Below, one piece after another: positions 9,479 through 18,023 of a stretch of 64,000 bases of DNA; positions within the stretch are counted from its first letter, which is position 1, and every line of letters begins with the position of its first letter. Source of the stretch: an uncultured Candidatus Saccharibacteria bacterium (lineage in GTDB: Bacteria > Patescibacteriota > Minisyncoccia > Phycocordibacterales > UBA918); assembly GCA_964469295.1 (NCBI GenBank), contig CAYXYJ010000002.1, positions 15,641-79,640 of the forward strand, read 5' to 3'. The translations under genes were made by a program, and so were the position numbers. The notes under the pieces were generated by a model that did not search any database, was not told where the DNA came from, and saw only the letters and a program-made list of their open reading frames with translations.

Positions 9479-10846
9479 TTATTTTGTTAAGAACTGACGC
9501 CAATGTACTTTTATCTGCTTCCACCAGCGGGCTGGAGTGGATGTCGTAATGAGATGCTGCCACGTTGCTCGTAACAACATTCCTAACGTTAACTCCAAAT
9601 CAACAACAGGACCATCGGTTATTTCGGTCGAGACTGTTTCTGTAACAGCGGTGCGTTGGTTCACTCGTAATTGTAAATCAGAAAGTGCGTTCATGAAAGC
9701 GATATATGCGTCATATGGGGATTGGTACGGACTAAAGTAAGCGTGTACGTCTCCATCCGCAGACCATTTGGTGCACATATAATAAAAATGATCTGACGTT
9801 TGTAATTTGCGCCATTGTTCAATCAAATGAATATCGGCTGTTGCTAATACCGCAGATTCGAGTGCGTAAATTTTCTGGAGTGCGTCACGTTGAATATCAT
9901 TTCCTGTCCAAGCGGTTAAATCACGATCAGTATCCGCCCACGTTAACACCTCCGGTACGTCATACGTTCCAACGGTACTATAGGCGCGCACGGTTTCGGT
10001 TGGTGTTAAAAATGTCGTGTCGGGGTGACGCATGAGCGTTTCCGGCAACACCCGCAAAAAATCAAAAATGCCAGTATCTTCCCATTGGTGTTCACCAAAC
10101 GTTTCATAATCCATAAAAAGATTGATGGTTTGTCCGTCGCCATGATGCGAATGAACCCAACTGGCGTACGTATCGGCTGATAATGGCCAACTTGCCCAGC
10201 CGCGATTGCCAAACCGAAATGCCACATCATCAGATAATTTGTAGTTTTTAAGGAGCACTTTTATTTTTTCCGTTCCGGGTGGTTGGTACAAAAAATTGGG
10301 GCTACGCCAGCCAAGATATTTATCCCACCCCTCAGCCATAATACCGATATATCCATGCTGTTCGCACCATGACGCCAAATCATTGCGGTAGGATAATTCA
10401 GTATTGCGGAACACTTGTGGCGTCACACCAAACAATTGTTTTATTCGCCGGGCGTGCATGGCGACTTGCCTTTCAAATTCAGGAATCGAGTAAAAAAACG
10501 CCAGTGAATGATGGTACGTATCCGCCAAAATTTCCACCCGGCCAGACGCGACTAATTTTTGAAATGACTCCAATACATCGGGGGCGTACGTTTCAAATTG
10601 ATCAAGGGCGGTTCCCGAAAACGACAGAGCAAAACGAAACTCTTCATGAGTATCGAGTAACTCTTGTAAAATTTTATTGGTTGGTCGGTAGGATTTATTG
10701 GCAACTTTTTCGACAATCCGTCGATTATTCAAATCAGAGTCACTGTTGTCGTTAAAATACTGATTGTCGTGTCCAATATCAAACACCTGATACCGCTTGA
10801 CGCGATACGGTTGGTGAACATGAAAATACGGACAAACGGTCAACAT
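9479..10846 (-). CDS. Glycoside hydrolase family 57 protein (alpha-amylase/4-alpha-glucanotransferase-like)
   Basis: N-terminal YFHVHQPYR (GH57 HQP signature); 455 aa. Confidence 0.7.
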   Translation of the reverse strand: MLTVCPYFHVHQPYRVKRYQVFDIGHDNQYFNDNSDSDLNNRRIVEKVANKSYRPTNKILQELLDTHEEFRFALSFSGTALDQFETYAPDVLESFQKLVASGRVEILADTYHHSLAFFYSIPEFERQVAMHARRIKQLFGVTPQVFRNTELSYRNDLASWCEQHGYIGIMAEGWDKYLGWRSPNFLYQPPGTEKIKVLLKNYKLSDDVAFRFGNRGWASWPLSADTYASWVHSHHGDGQTINLFMDYETFGEHQWEDTGIFDFLRVLPETLMRHPDTTFLTPTETVRAYSTVGTYDVPEVLTWADTDRDLTAWTGNDIQRDALQKIYALESAVLATADIHLIEQWRKLQTSDHFYYMCTKWSADGDVHAYFSPYQSPYDAYIAFMNALSDLQLRVNQRTAVTETVSTEITDGPVVDLELTLGMLLRATWQHLITTSTPARWWKQIKVHWRQFLTK

Positions 10847-10852
10847 ATACTA

Positions 10853-12070
10853 TCAAGTGTATTGTACCAGACGATTGTAAAGAGCAATGACTTTCTTGGC
10901 AGCGCCGTGCCATGACAATCGATTGATTTCGTCGCGGGCGTAGGTGCGTAGTTGTCGATGTAATACATCGTACCGTAACGCTGCGAGAATTTGATTAGCC
11001 ATTTCATTTACATCCCAAAAATCAACTTTTAGTGTGTGAGAAAGCACCTCACCCACTCCGGATTGTTTGGAAATGAGAGAGGGTGTACCGTGTTGAATCG
11101 CTTCAAGCGGAACCAGTCCGAACGGTTCTGAGACCGACGGCATGACGACTAGATCAGCGGATTGATACATACGATCGCGATCATCATCCCATAAGGCTCC
11201 AGCAAAAATTACGTTCCCAGACAATCCCATTCTCCCCACTTCATTAATAATTTGAGTAGTCATATCACCCCAACCAGAAATCACAAACACCACAGCAGGG
11301 TCAATATCAACCACTTTGCGGGCCGCCCGAACAAAATAATCGACACCTTTTTGAATAGTGATACGCCCATGATACAAAACAATTTTTTTACCTTGCTCTT
11401 TTAGAGACGCTAAACTGGGAGTGTGACGAATTGGTTCATGAGTGTCACAACCATTATGAATCACCGCAATCTTTTCGGGTGAGACATGGTGCTTTTCAAT
11501 TAAAATTCTTTTTGTGAGGTGACTCACGGTGACAATACTATCAGCCACAGCAAAGCCTTCACATTCAATTTGGTACATCGCCGGATCAACCTGAGCACTG
11601 GCTGCTTGGTCAAAAGAAGTCGCATGAACATGCAATACAAGTGGCTTACCGCTTGCTTTTTTAGCGGCGACTCCAGCGAGATACGATGTCCAATCATGCG
11701 CGTGAATGAGGTCAAATGTTTCGGTTTGCGCTATCAAAGACGCCTGATGCGCAAACCGATGAACTTCTTCCAAAATGGTACGGTGGCGAGTAATTTTTTG
11801 TCCGGTTACGGGATCATAGGTGACACTGTTAACCACTGAATCAGTATTGTGATACGGAACGAGTGACGACGCCACCGCTTTTACCGATACTTTGTATTCA
11901 GTATCAGCAAACAAAAATATTGGTTCCCCCATAGTGTCTTGCTTTTTTGGCAACACAAAAAGTACTTCCACCCCTTCATTTATGATTTCTCTCGTTAGTC
12001 CATAACACGCTACGCCCAAACCGCCGTTTTTAATAGGGGGAAAATCCCAACCAAAAGTCAAAACACGCAT
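10853..12070 (-). CDS. glgA: Glycogen synthase-like glycosyltransferase (GT4/GT5)
   Basis: Likely start MRVLTFGWDFPPIKNGGLGVACYGL at 12070 (ORF extends to 12274). FDLIHAHDWTS and EPFGLVPLEA motifs. Confidence 0.6.
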   Translation of the reverse strand: MRVLTFGWDFPPIKNGGLGVACYGLTREIINEGVEVLFVLPKKQDTMGEPIFLFADTEYKVSVKAVASSLVPYHNTDSVVNSVTYDPVTGQKITRHRTILEEVHRFAHQASLIAQTETFDLIHAHDWTSYLAGVAAKKASGKPLVLHVHATSFDQAASAQVDPAMYQIECEGFAVADSIVTVSHLTKRILIEKHHVSPEKIAVIHNGCDTHEPIRHTPSLASLKEQGKKIVLYHGRITIQKGVDYFVRAARKVVDIDPAVVFVISGWGDMTTQIINEVGRMGLSGNVIFAGALWDDDRDRMYQSADLVVMPSVSEPFGLVPLEAIQHGTPSLISKQSGVGEVLSHTLKVDFWDVNEMANQILAALRYDVLHRQLRTYARDEINRLSWHGAAKKVIALYNRLVQYT

Positions 12071-12176
12071 AGATAACGACCGCGTACCAAGCCGGCACTG
12101 TCTGTCCCATCGTAGCACAATTGACGAGCAAAAAAGACCAAAAAACTGGGAAAAGGCTGTTGATAATAAGGATAAA

Positions 12177-12205
12177 TTGACGAAAAAATATTTATCTGCT
12201 ATAAT
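12177..12205 (+). promoter_or_regulatory. Consensus sigma70-type promoter for rpmG (near-leaderless)
   Basis: TTGACG, 17-nt spacer, TATAAT (12200-12205); ATG at 12216, so the leader is only a few nt. Confidence 0.55.
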
Positions 12206-12215
12206 CGCTCTCACT

Positions 12216-12395
12216 ATGTCACAGGATTTACTTGTCAAATTGGTTTCAGTCGGCGATAAAAACGGCGTCGGCAAAGGTCATACCTATTACACTCGGTATA
12301 ACAACAAAGTTAAAAAAGATCCGAGTAAAAAATACGAAACCAAAAAATTTAACCCAATTGCCAAAGTACACACCGTGTACAAGCAAAAGAAATAA
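12216..12395 (+). CDS. rpmG: 50S ribosomal protein L33
   Basis: KLVSVGDKNGVGKGHTYYTRYNNKVK...KKFNPIAKVHTVYKQ matches L33; ORF 12177 extension rejected. Confidence 0.85.
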   Translation: MSQDLLVKLVSVGDKNGVGKGHTYYTRYNNKVKKDPSKKYETKKFNPIAKVHTVYKQKK

Positions 12396-12398
12396 AAC

Positions 12399-12440
12399 AA
12401 AAGCAGCCGGCCCCAAAGGGGCCGGCTGCTTTTGTTTTTA
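12399..12440. terminator. Bidirectional GC-clamp terminator (rpmG / fba)
   Basis: aagcagccggcccc aaa ggggccggctgctt then ttgttttt. Confidence 0.65.
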
Positions 12441-12442
12441 CA

Positions 12443-13468
12443 TTACTTCAACACCTGATCAGCCGCGGCGTTATATTTCCCTTGTGCAGCCAAACTATTC
12501 ATTTTACAGGCATGCAAAAGAACCTGTTGTGAATGTTCGGTATTTTCTGGTTTTCCTTGCCACGCCAACAAAAACGGTTCTTCAAGCGCGCGTGAAAACG
12601 AATACGTAATCGGCCATGGTTGCACTCCTAATGCAGCAATAGCATTAAGATTTTCTGTTGATCGTTTTGGCGATTGACCACCAGACAAAAACACGATACC
12701 GCCAACTTCATACGGAACAGACATATGGAATGTACGAAGTGTCGCATTAGCGATGTCTTCGGGTGAAGATTGTTCACGACACATATCACCAGCGAGTACC
12801 ATTGAAGATTTAAGGATCAATCCACCCAAATCAACACGATATTTGATGAGAGTCTGGAACAATACTTGTAGCGCCCGCGTCGTTACCATCTCGGCGGTTA
12901 AAATATCATGATCCCCCGCAAAGATAACTTCTGGTTCGACCATTGGCACAATGCCACACCGTTGAGCAATCTGCGCATACCGCGCCAACATCACCGCGTT
13001 AATTTCCAAACTGGCATCGGTTGGCAGTCCGTCATCAATCGTGACCACAGCTCGCCATTTCGCAAATCTGGCACCCAAATCATAATATTCTTCAAAACGT
13101 TCTTCGAGCCCATCAAGACCTTGGGTGACGACCTCGCCCGGAAAACCGTCGAGATCTTTGGTGCCCAAATCTACCTTAATACCCGGCAAAATGCCTTTGG
13201 CAGTTAACACATCGGGGAACGGGATGCCGGCGTCAGTAGCCGTTCGCATTGACGAATCATACATAATGACTCCTGACAGATACTCTTCGATACCTGGAGC
13301 AGCAAATAATAGTTCCCGAAAATCTTGACGATTTTCAGCACTATTAGGCAGATGGACCATTTCGAGTCGTTTGCCGGCAGTACTATCACTTTCATCGGCG
13401 GCTAATATTCCTTTTCCTGGTGCCATCATGGCACCAACTATTTCGTACAATTTGGCGTTGTTATTCAT
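12443..13468 (-). CDS. fba: Fructose-bisphosphate aldolase, class I (eukaryote-like)
   Basis: Start MNNNAKLYEIV (13468). GKGILAADES...AENRQDFRELLF matches the class I aldolase N-terminus. Confidence 0.8.
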   Translation of the reverse strand: MNNNAKLYEIVGAMMAPGKGILAADESDSTAGKRLEMVHLPNSAENRQDFRELLFAAPGIEEYLSGVIMYDSSMRTATDAGIPFPDVLTAKGILPGIKVDLGTKDLDGFPGEVVTQGLDGLEERFEEYYDLGARFAKWRAVVTIDDGLPTDASLEINAVMLARYAQIAQRCGIVPMVEPEVIFAGDHDILTAEMVTTRALQVLFQTLIKYRVDLGGLILKSSMVLAGDMCREQSSPEDIANATLRTFHMSVPYEVGGIVFLSGGQSPKRSTENLNAIAALGVQPWPITYSFSRALEEPFLLAWQGKPENTEHSQQVLLHACKMNSLAAQGKYNAAADQVLK

Positions 13469-13484
13469 ACTGTCTATAGCATAG

Positions 13485-13515
13485 CAGCCGCGCGCCCATA
13501 GGGCGCGCGGCTGCT
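13485..13515. promoter_or_regulatory. Perfect 14-bp GC hairpin 17 nt upstream of fba start codon
   Basis: gcagccgcgcgccc ata gggcgcgcggctgc; on the minus strand it is followed by tatgctatagacagtATG. Confidence 0.3.
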
Positions 13516-13520
13516 GTGGA

Positions 13521-13566
13521 GATAAAAACAACCCCGCTTCTTCGCTTGCGCGAATAGGCGGGGTGT
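13521..13566 (-). terminator. Rho-independent terminator (ABC transporter operon, minus strand)
   Basis: minus strand: ccccgcctattcgcgcaagcgaagaagcgggg then ttgtttttat. Confidence 0.5.
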
Positions 13567-13784
13567 TGACCTAACGACCGGTCCGTTATCGACGTTGACG
13601 CATCATATCGAGTTGCGAGCGCCAGCAGCGGCTGCACAGGTCGTGATCTTTGTCCGGTGGCGGTCCCCAGATTCCCTCTATGCATACTCGGACAGCACGG
13701 CCACAGCAAGAACAGTATGTCGTTGCCACTCAGATTTCCTCCTTTACTGAGAGATGTACAATCTACATCAGTTTCTTATTTTGT

Positions 13785-14552
13785 CTAGCTGCGAATTTTC
13801 CAGCCACGACGGAATAGGGTGACGAGTAAGATGCCTAATCCGATTACTAACACCCCAATCACCAAAAACCCAACTGCTGCATTCGCTTCGCTGTATCCAA
13901 TCATGCTCGATCGTATACCGTCAGCGAAATAAAAGAATGGATTCCACTGTGTGATAGTAACCGCGAGTGGCGGCAACATAGTAATCGAGTAGAAAATCCC
14001 TCCCAGGTACGTCAGTGGCGTAATCACGAACGTATTCAGAACCTGTAATTGTTCAAAACTCTCAGCCCATAGCGCCACAATAATTCCCAACATGGCGAAT
14101 ATCGCCGCAATTGACGTAACGTACAACAAGAACAGTAGCGGATTAACCAAAGTTACTGCGCCAAAGAGCAGCCCAACGACCAGGATAAGTCCAGCCACCA
14201 TAACCGCGCGCGTCACCGCACTTCCGACAAACCCAACGAGCATTTCCAAATACGAAAATGGCGTAATAAGAATTTCTTCAAGTCCGCGGGTAAAGCGCAT
14301 AAAATACAAGGCCGAGGACGCACTAGCAAACGAGGCATTAATAATCGACAGCATGAGTACCCCCGGAAAGACGAAGGTGATGTACGGTACCCCAGCAAAA
14401 TCTTTAATCTGTGACCCAATCACTGTCCCAAAAATAAATATATACAGTGCGGCCGACATCGCTGGCGCAATGAGCGTTTGTGTTACCACCCGCAAGGTAC
14501 GTTTTACTTCACGGCGCAACATTGTATAGAGTCCAATCCAATTTGTGGTCAT
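13785..14552 (-). CDS. ABC-2 family transporter permease
   Basis: 255 aa, 6 predicted TM segments, ABC-2 type; downstream of the ATPase on the same strand. Confidence 0.7.
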   Translation of the reverse strand: MTTNWIGLYTMLRREVKRTLRVVTQTLIAPAMSAALYIFIFGTVIGSQIKDFAGVPYITFVFPGVLMLSIINASFASASSALYFMRFTRGLEEILITPFSYLEMLVGFVGSAVTRAVMVAGLILVVGLLFGAVTLVNPLLFLLYVTSIAAIFAMLGIIVALWAESFEQLQVLNTFVITPLTYLGGIFYSITMLPPLAVTITQWNPFFYFADGIRSSMIGYSEANAAVGFLVIGVLVIGLGILLVTLFRRGWKIRS

Positions 14553-14627
14553 AATTTTTTATAAACTAATAAATTACACAGGCCGTGTTAGCTGCACACA
14601 TAGCTGGCTTGGCAAAGACCTTGCGCA

Positions 14628-14672
14628 GAGATGGTAAACATCATAAAAGCATTTTGTGATGTTTACCATCTC
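14628..14672. promoter_or_regulatory. Perfect 16-bp inverted repeat (operator or RNA-processing hairpin) between ABC ATPase and permease
   Basis: gagatggtaaacatca N13 tgatgtttaccatctc, located in the 200-nt intercistronic gap. Confidence 0.35.
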
Positions 14673-14753
14673 GAGCAGAGAGACAATTTTACTGAACATA
14701 AATGGACTCGTGCCTGCGACAAGATAGCTGTGGGGGCGTCTAACCAACAAAAC

Positions 14754-15512
14754 TTATTTTTTCAACAGCTCCAAATATTTCTCTTCCACCGACTTCCCGC
14801 CCGCCATAAACTCTGCTTTACTCCCCCGCCAAATAATTTCCCCGTGGTTAATCACCGCAATTGCATCACATAACTGTTCAATTTCTTCGAGGTAGTGAGA
14901 AGTGAGGATGATCGTTTTGCCATTTTGGTTTAGTTCTCGGAGGTAATTCCATAAATCTCGCCGCTGTTCAACATCCACCCCAGCTGTTGGTTCATCGAGA
15001 ATGAGTAACTCCGGTGTATGCACTAACGCACGGCCAAGCATTGCTCGCCGCTTCAGTCCACCGGACAATTTTTGAAACTTTACTGCGCGGTGTTCTGACA
15101 GATCAAAGCGAGTGATCAATTCTTCGATGCGACGTACACGTTCTTCGTGCGGGATACCGTAATACCCACCCATAAAATCCATTAACTGTTCTGGTGTGGC
15201 GAAAATATCGACATTAAACTCTTGGGGTGACAACCCTACTTTAGTACGAGCTGTTTTGTATTCACTCACCACATCAACGCCATCAATACGGATATGACCA
15301 CTCGTTGGCTGAGCAATACCAGTCATAGAATGAATAGTGGATGACTTGCCGGCTCCGTTTGGACCGAGTAACCCAAAAAACGACCCTTTAGGGATCGATA
15401 GCGATATGCCATTAACGGCTCGCTTCTGCCGACTACCACTGCCATAGACCTTTACGAGGTCTGTAATTTCTACCATTGGTGTTTCTGACATAGTTCCCAG
15501 TATACCAGACAA
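14754..15512 (-). CDS. ABC transporter ATP-binding protein
   Basis: Walker A GPNGAGKSS, signature LSGGLKRR, Walker B LILDEPTAGVD. Confidence 0.85.
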   Translation of the reverse strand: MSGILGTMSETPMVEITDLVKVYGSGSRQKRAVNGISLSIPKGSFFGLLGPNGAGKSSTIHSMTGIAQPTSGHIRIDGVDVVSEYKTARTKVGLSPQEFNVDIFATPEQLMDFMGGYYGIPHEERVRRIEELITRFDLSEHRAVKFQKLSGGLKRRAMLGRALVHTPELLILDEPTAGVDVEQRRDLWNYLRELNQNGKTIILTSHYLEEIEQLCDAIAVINHGEIIWRGSKAEFMAGGKSVEEKYLELLKK

Positions 15513-15513
15513 A

Positions 15514-15546
15514 GAAAAAACGGCGCCAGGTGTGGCGCCGTTTTGG
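15514..15546. terminator. Bidirectional terminator
   Basis: cggcgcca ggtg tggcgccg, flanked by aaaaaa / tttt. Confidence 0.55.
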
Positions 15547-15578
15547 GGTGGCTGTGTACCGCCGCTGGAACTGTCGAG

Positions 15579-16073
15579 CTATTCGCTCGTGGACGCTGCG
15601 GATTCGTCCGTATCCCCCTCGATCAGATAGCCGAACACCCGGCGGAAATGCTGACCTTCACCATAGGTGTCATTGAAGGCCTGCTCAGCAGCCGTCAACA
15701 CAACCCGCAAAAGAGCAAAACGCATCGGCTGCTCAAGATCGTGAATGTAGAGCTCGATAACACGCGCCTGATCCGCATATTCGACCCAGGCGCTCAAATA
15801 CTCGGGGTTCAACAATCCCATGATCTCGTGATGCTGGATCGAGCGAAAGATCACCGGATCATTTGCCAAACTTCGGACGAAATAGAGGAAATCGTCGTCC
15901 GATATAGCGGACACCTCAGCCCCCTGCTCGGACAACCATTGCTCGAATTGCTTGAGCTTATGCTTAGCCGCCTTGATTCGCTTCATCGACAGGCTGTCGA
16001 TCTCCAACTCGAATTCGACAGCAATCTGGTCGTCGATTTCACGCAGCACGGACATCGCACTTTTGTCGATCAT
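15579..16073 (-). CDS. GC-rich hypothetical cytoplasmic protein (compositionally atypical gene E)
   Basis: ORF 15579-16376, but only the part from MIDKSAMSVLRE (ATG 16073) is GC-rich and preceded by GAGGAG. 165 aa with no recognisable motif. Terminator directly downstream. Confidence 0.45.
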   Translation of the reverse strand: MIDKSAMSVLREIDDQIAVEFELEIDSLSMKRIKAAKHKLKQFEQWLSEQGAEVSAISDDDFLYFVRSLANDPVIFRSIQHHEIMGLLNPEYLSAWVEYADQARVIELYIHDLEQPMRFALLRVVLTAAEQAFNDTYGEGQHFRRVFGYLIEGDTDESAASTSE

Positions 16074-16142
16074 CTCGCTTCTCCTCAGTGATGATTGCAG
16101 CTTGTTTTTCAAGCTTTCCTGTAGTACCATGCCACAAATATT

Positions 16143-17048
16143 GTGAAAAATCAAGAAATTAAGTGGCTCTTGCAGGAAAAATATCACGGCGAAAAAAGTG
16201 ACGCATTTTTCGCCGACGGCGATCGTCTGGCCGCAGGCGAACCGTTGGCATATATTATTGGTCACGTCCCGTTTCTTGATTGTGAGGTTTACCTCGATTC
16301 TCACCCACTTATCCCCCGCCCAGAAACGGAATATTGGACAGAGAAAGCGATTCAGCAGATTGGCAATTCGCCACACGTAGTTGCAGTCGGATCATCTAAT
16401 ACACTATCGAAATCGTCGACACAACGTCACTCTCCAGCAGCTAGTTTAACGAACAAGCAAGCCGCCGATCCTCAGCAGGTCCTCGCTCGTGACATTCTCG
16501 CTGCAGATGCTTTACCGTTGCAACCTACTCATTCGCCTATCACTATCCTCGACCTGTGTGCCGGGAGTGGTGCGATTGGGGTAGCGATAGCGAAAGCGAT
16601 TCCGCACAGTCAGGTGACATTTGGCGAAATCGACTCGGCACATGTACCCACCATTGCCAAAAACTGTCACGCTAATGCCATTACCCCTGACCGCTACTCC
16701 ATTGTCACTTCAGACCTCTTTGCCAATATATCTGGATCGTTTGATGTCATTGTCAGTAACCCGCCCTACATTGATGCTGCGGCAGGAACAGTAGACACCA
16801 ACGTCGTCGAGCACGAACCCCACCTCGCGTTATTTGGTGGCGTCGCGGGTATGGAATTGATTGCAAAAATAATTACCACCGCACGATCATACCTCGCGCC
16901 ACACGGCCAACTATGGATTGAACATGAACCGTTTCAAGCTGATGCCATTGCCGCCCTCGCCGCCACCCATGGTTTTACCGCTACTCATCACCACGACCAG
17001 TACAACACAGCCCGCTATAGCGTCCTCATCCCAACTGTGGCACAATAA
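16143..17048 (+). CDS. prmC: Release factor glutamine N5-methyltransferase PrmC/HemK
   Basis: GEPLAYIIGHVPFLDCEV, LDLCAGSGAIG, VSNPPY motifs; carries an internal low-complexity insertion. Confidence 0.75.
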   Translation: MKNQEIKWLLQEKYHGEKSDAFFADGDRLAAGEPLAYIIGHVPFLDCEVYLDSHPLIPRPETEYWTEKAIQQIGNSPHVVAVGSSNTLSKSSTQRHSPAASLTNKQAADPQQVLARDILAADALPLQPTHSPITILDLCAGSGAIGVAIAKAIPHSQVTFGEIDSAHVPTIAKNCHANAITPDRYSIVTSDLFANISGSFDVIVSNPPYIDAAAGTVDTNVVEHEPHLALFGGVAGMELIAKIITTARSYLAPHGQLWIEHEPFQADAIAALAATHGFTATHHHDQYNTARYSVLIPTVAQ

Positions 17049-17053
17049 TTTGC

Positions 17054-17269
17054 ATGGAACTCTCATTTGCGTTTGATGTGACGCCATGGCTGAAAGTAAT
17101 CTTTTACTTCACCCTCATTGCCTACACAATATTTACCATCATCCTTTACTATCATTGGCAACACTACGCCATGTCCAAAACCGCAACGACACAAACCTTT
17201 CTTGCATATTTTGTTATTTCCATTCCACTGATTCTCGGCCTCGCCGGCATTGCTTTTTTAATGATGTAA
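17054..17269 (+). CDS. Small hydrophobic membrane protein
   Basis: 71 aa with two TM helices; no motif. Confidence 0.3.
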   Translation: MELSFAFDVTPWLKVIFYFTLIAYTIFTIILYYHWQHYAMSKTATTQTFLAYFVISIPLILGLAGIAFLMM

Positions 17270-17279
17270 ATCAGTACAT

Positions 17280-17843
17280 ATGTTATACGAAAAAATCGCA
17301 CTCGAACCAGAAGAAAAAGTAATTACCACCGTGCGTAAACATTGGTTTGTGATTATGCTCGATCTTTTCTCGATTATCTTTATTGGATTATTGCCAGTCA
17401 TCGGCTGTATTATTATTTTAAGCACATCGTTTAATACTGATATTGTAGAAATATTTGCCACCCAATTTCCTACTATTTTATTTTTCCTCGGAGCTTGGCT
17501 TCTTTTGACGACTATGGCCGCCGTATTGTCGTGGACCAACTACTATTTGGATTTATGGGTGATTACTGACCGCCGAATTATTGTCATCGAACAAATTGCT
17601 TTTTTCAACCGCAAAGTAAGCAATTTCCGACTCGAACGAATGCAAGATATAAAAGTATCGGTTAACGGAATTATTCCCACTCTTCTAAACTACGGTACGT
17701 TACGAGCCCAGACCGCGAGCGCATCTGAAAGTAACTTCACGTCACCCTATTTACCCGATCCGCGTGGACTCCAAGCCCTGATTCAAACGGCAATGGATGC
17801 CCGTCTCGAGGTACTCGGTAACAACCCGGTCAAAGTTGACTAG
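17280..17843 (+). CDS. Bacterial PH-domain (bPH_2/YdbT-like) membrane protein
   Basis: Two N-terminal TM helices then a PH-like region, as in YdbS/YdbT. Confidence 0.5.
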   Translation: MLYEKIALEPEEKVITTVRKHWFVIMLDLFSIIFIGLLPVIGCIIILSTSFNTDIVEIFATQFPTILFFLGAWLLLTTMAAVLSWTNYYLDLWVITDRRIIVIEQIAFFNRKVSNFRLERMQDIKVSVNGIIPTLLNYGTLRAQTASASESNFTSPYLPDPRGLQALIQTAMDARLEVLGNNPVKVD

Positions 17844-17867
17844 ATTGTTAAAGATATAGCCATACTG

Positions 17868-17957
17868 AAAAAAGTGCGGGGACTGGTAGCTGAGATCGTA
17901 AGACTAGCATAGCGGCTTTGGAGCGCAATCGAAGATACCAGTCCCCGCACTTTTTTC
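17868..17957 (+). repeat. Structured hairpin element copy 1 (conserved core, terminator-like)
   Basis: 21-bp outer stem aaaaaagtgcggggactggta / taccagtccccgcacttttttc enclosing core ctgagatcgtaagactagcatagcggctttggagcgcaatcgaag; T-run follows. Confidence 0.5.
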
Positions 17958-18023
17958 AACGGTCTTCAACATACACCTTGCCAACGTCATATTTCTCCCC
18001 TACAATCAGACCATTCACCTGTT

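Noticed and set aside
13461-13709. 82-aa ORF between fba and the ABC permease
   Set aside because: No SD or promoter context; spans two terminator hairpins; likely non-coding.
15579-16376. 265-aa ORF as the gene
   Set aside because: The first 100 codons are AT-rich, have no SD and overlap the prmC upstream region. Composition and the GAGGAG SD support the internal start at 16073.
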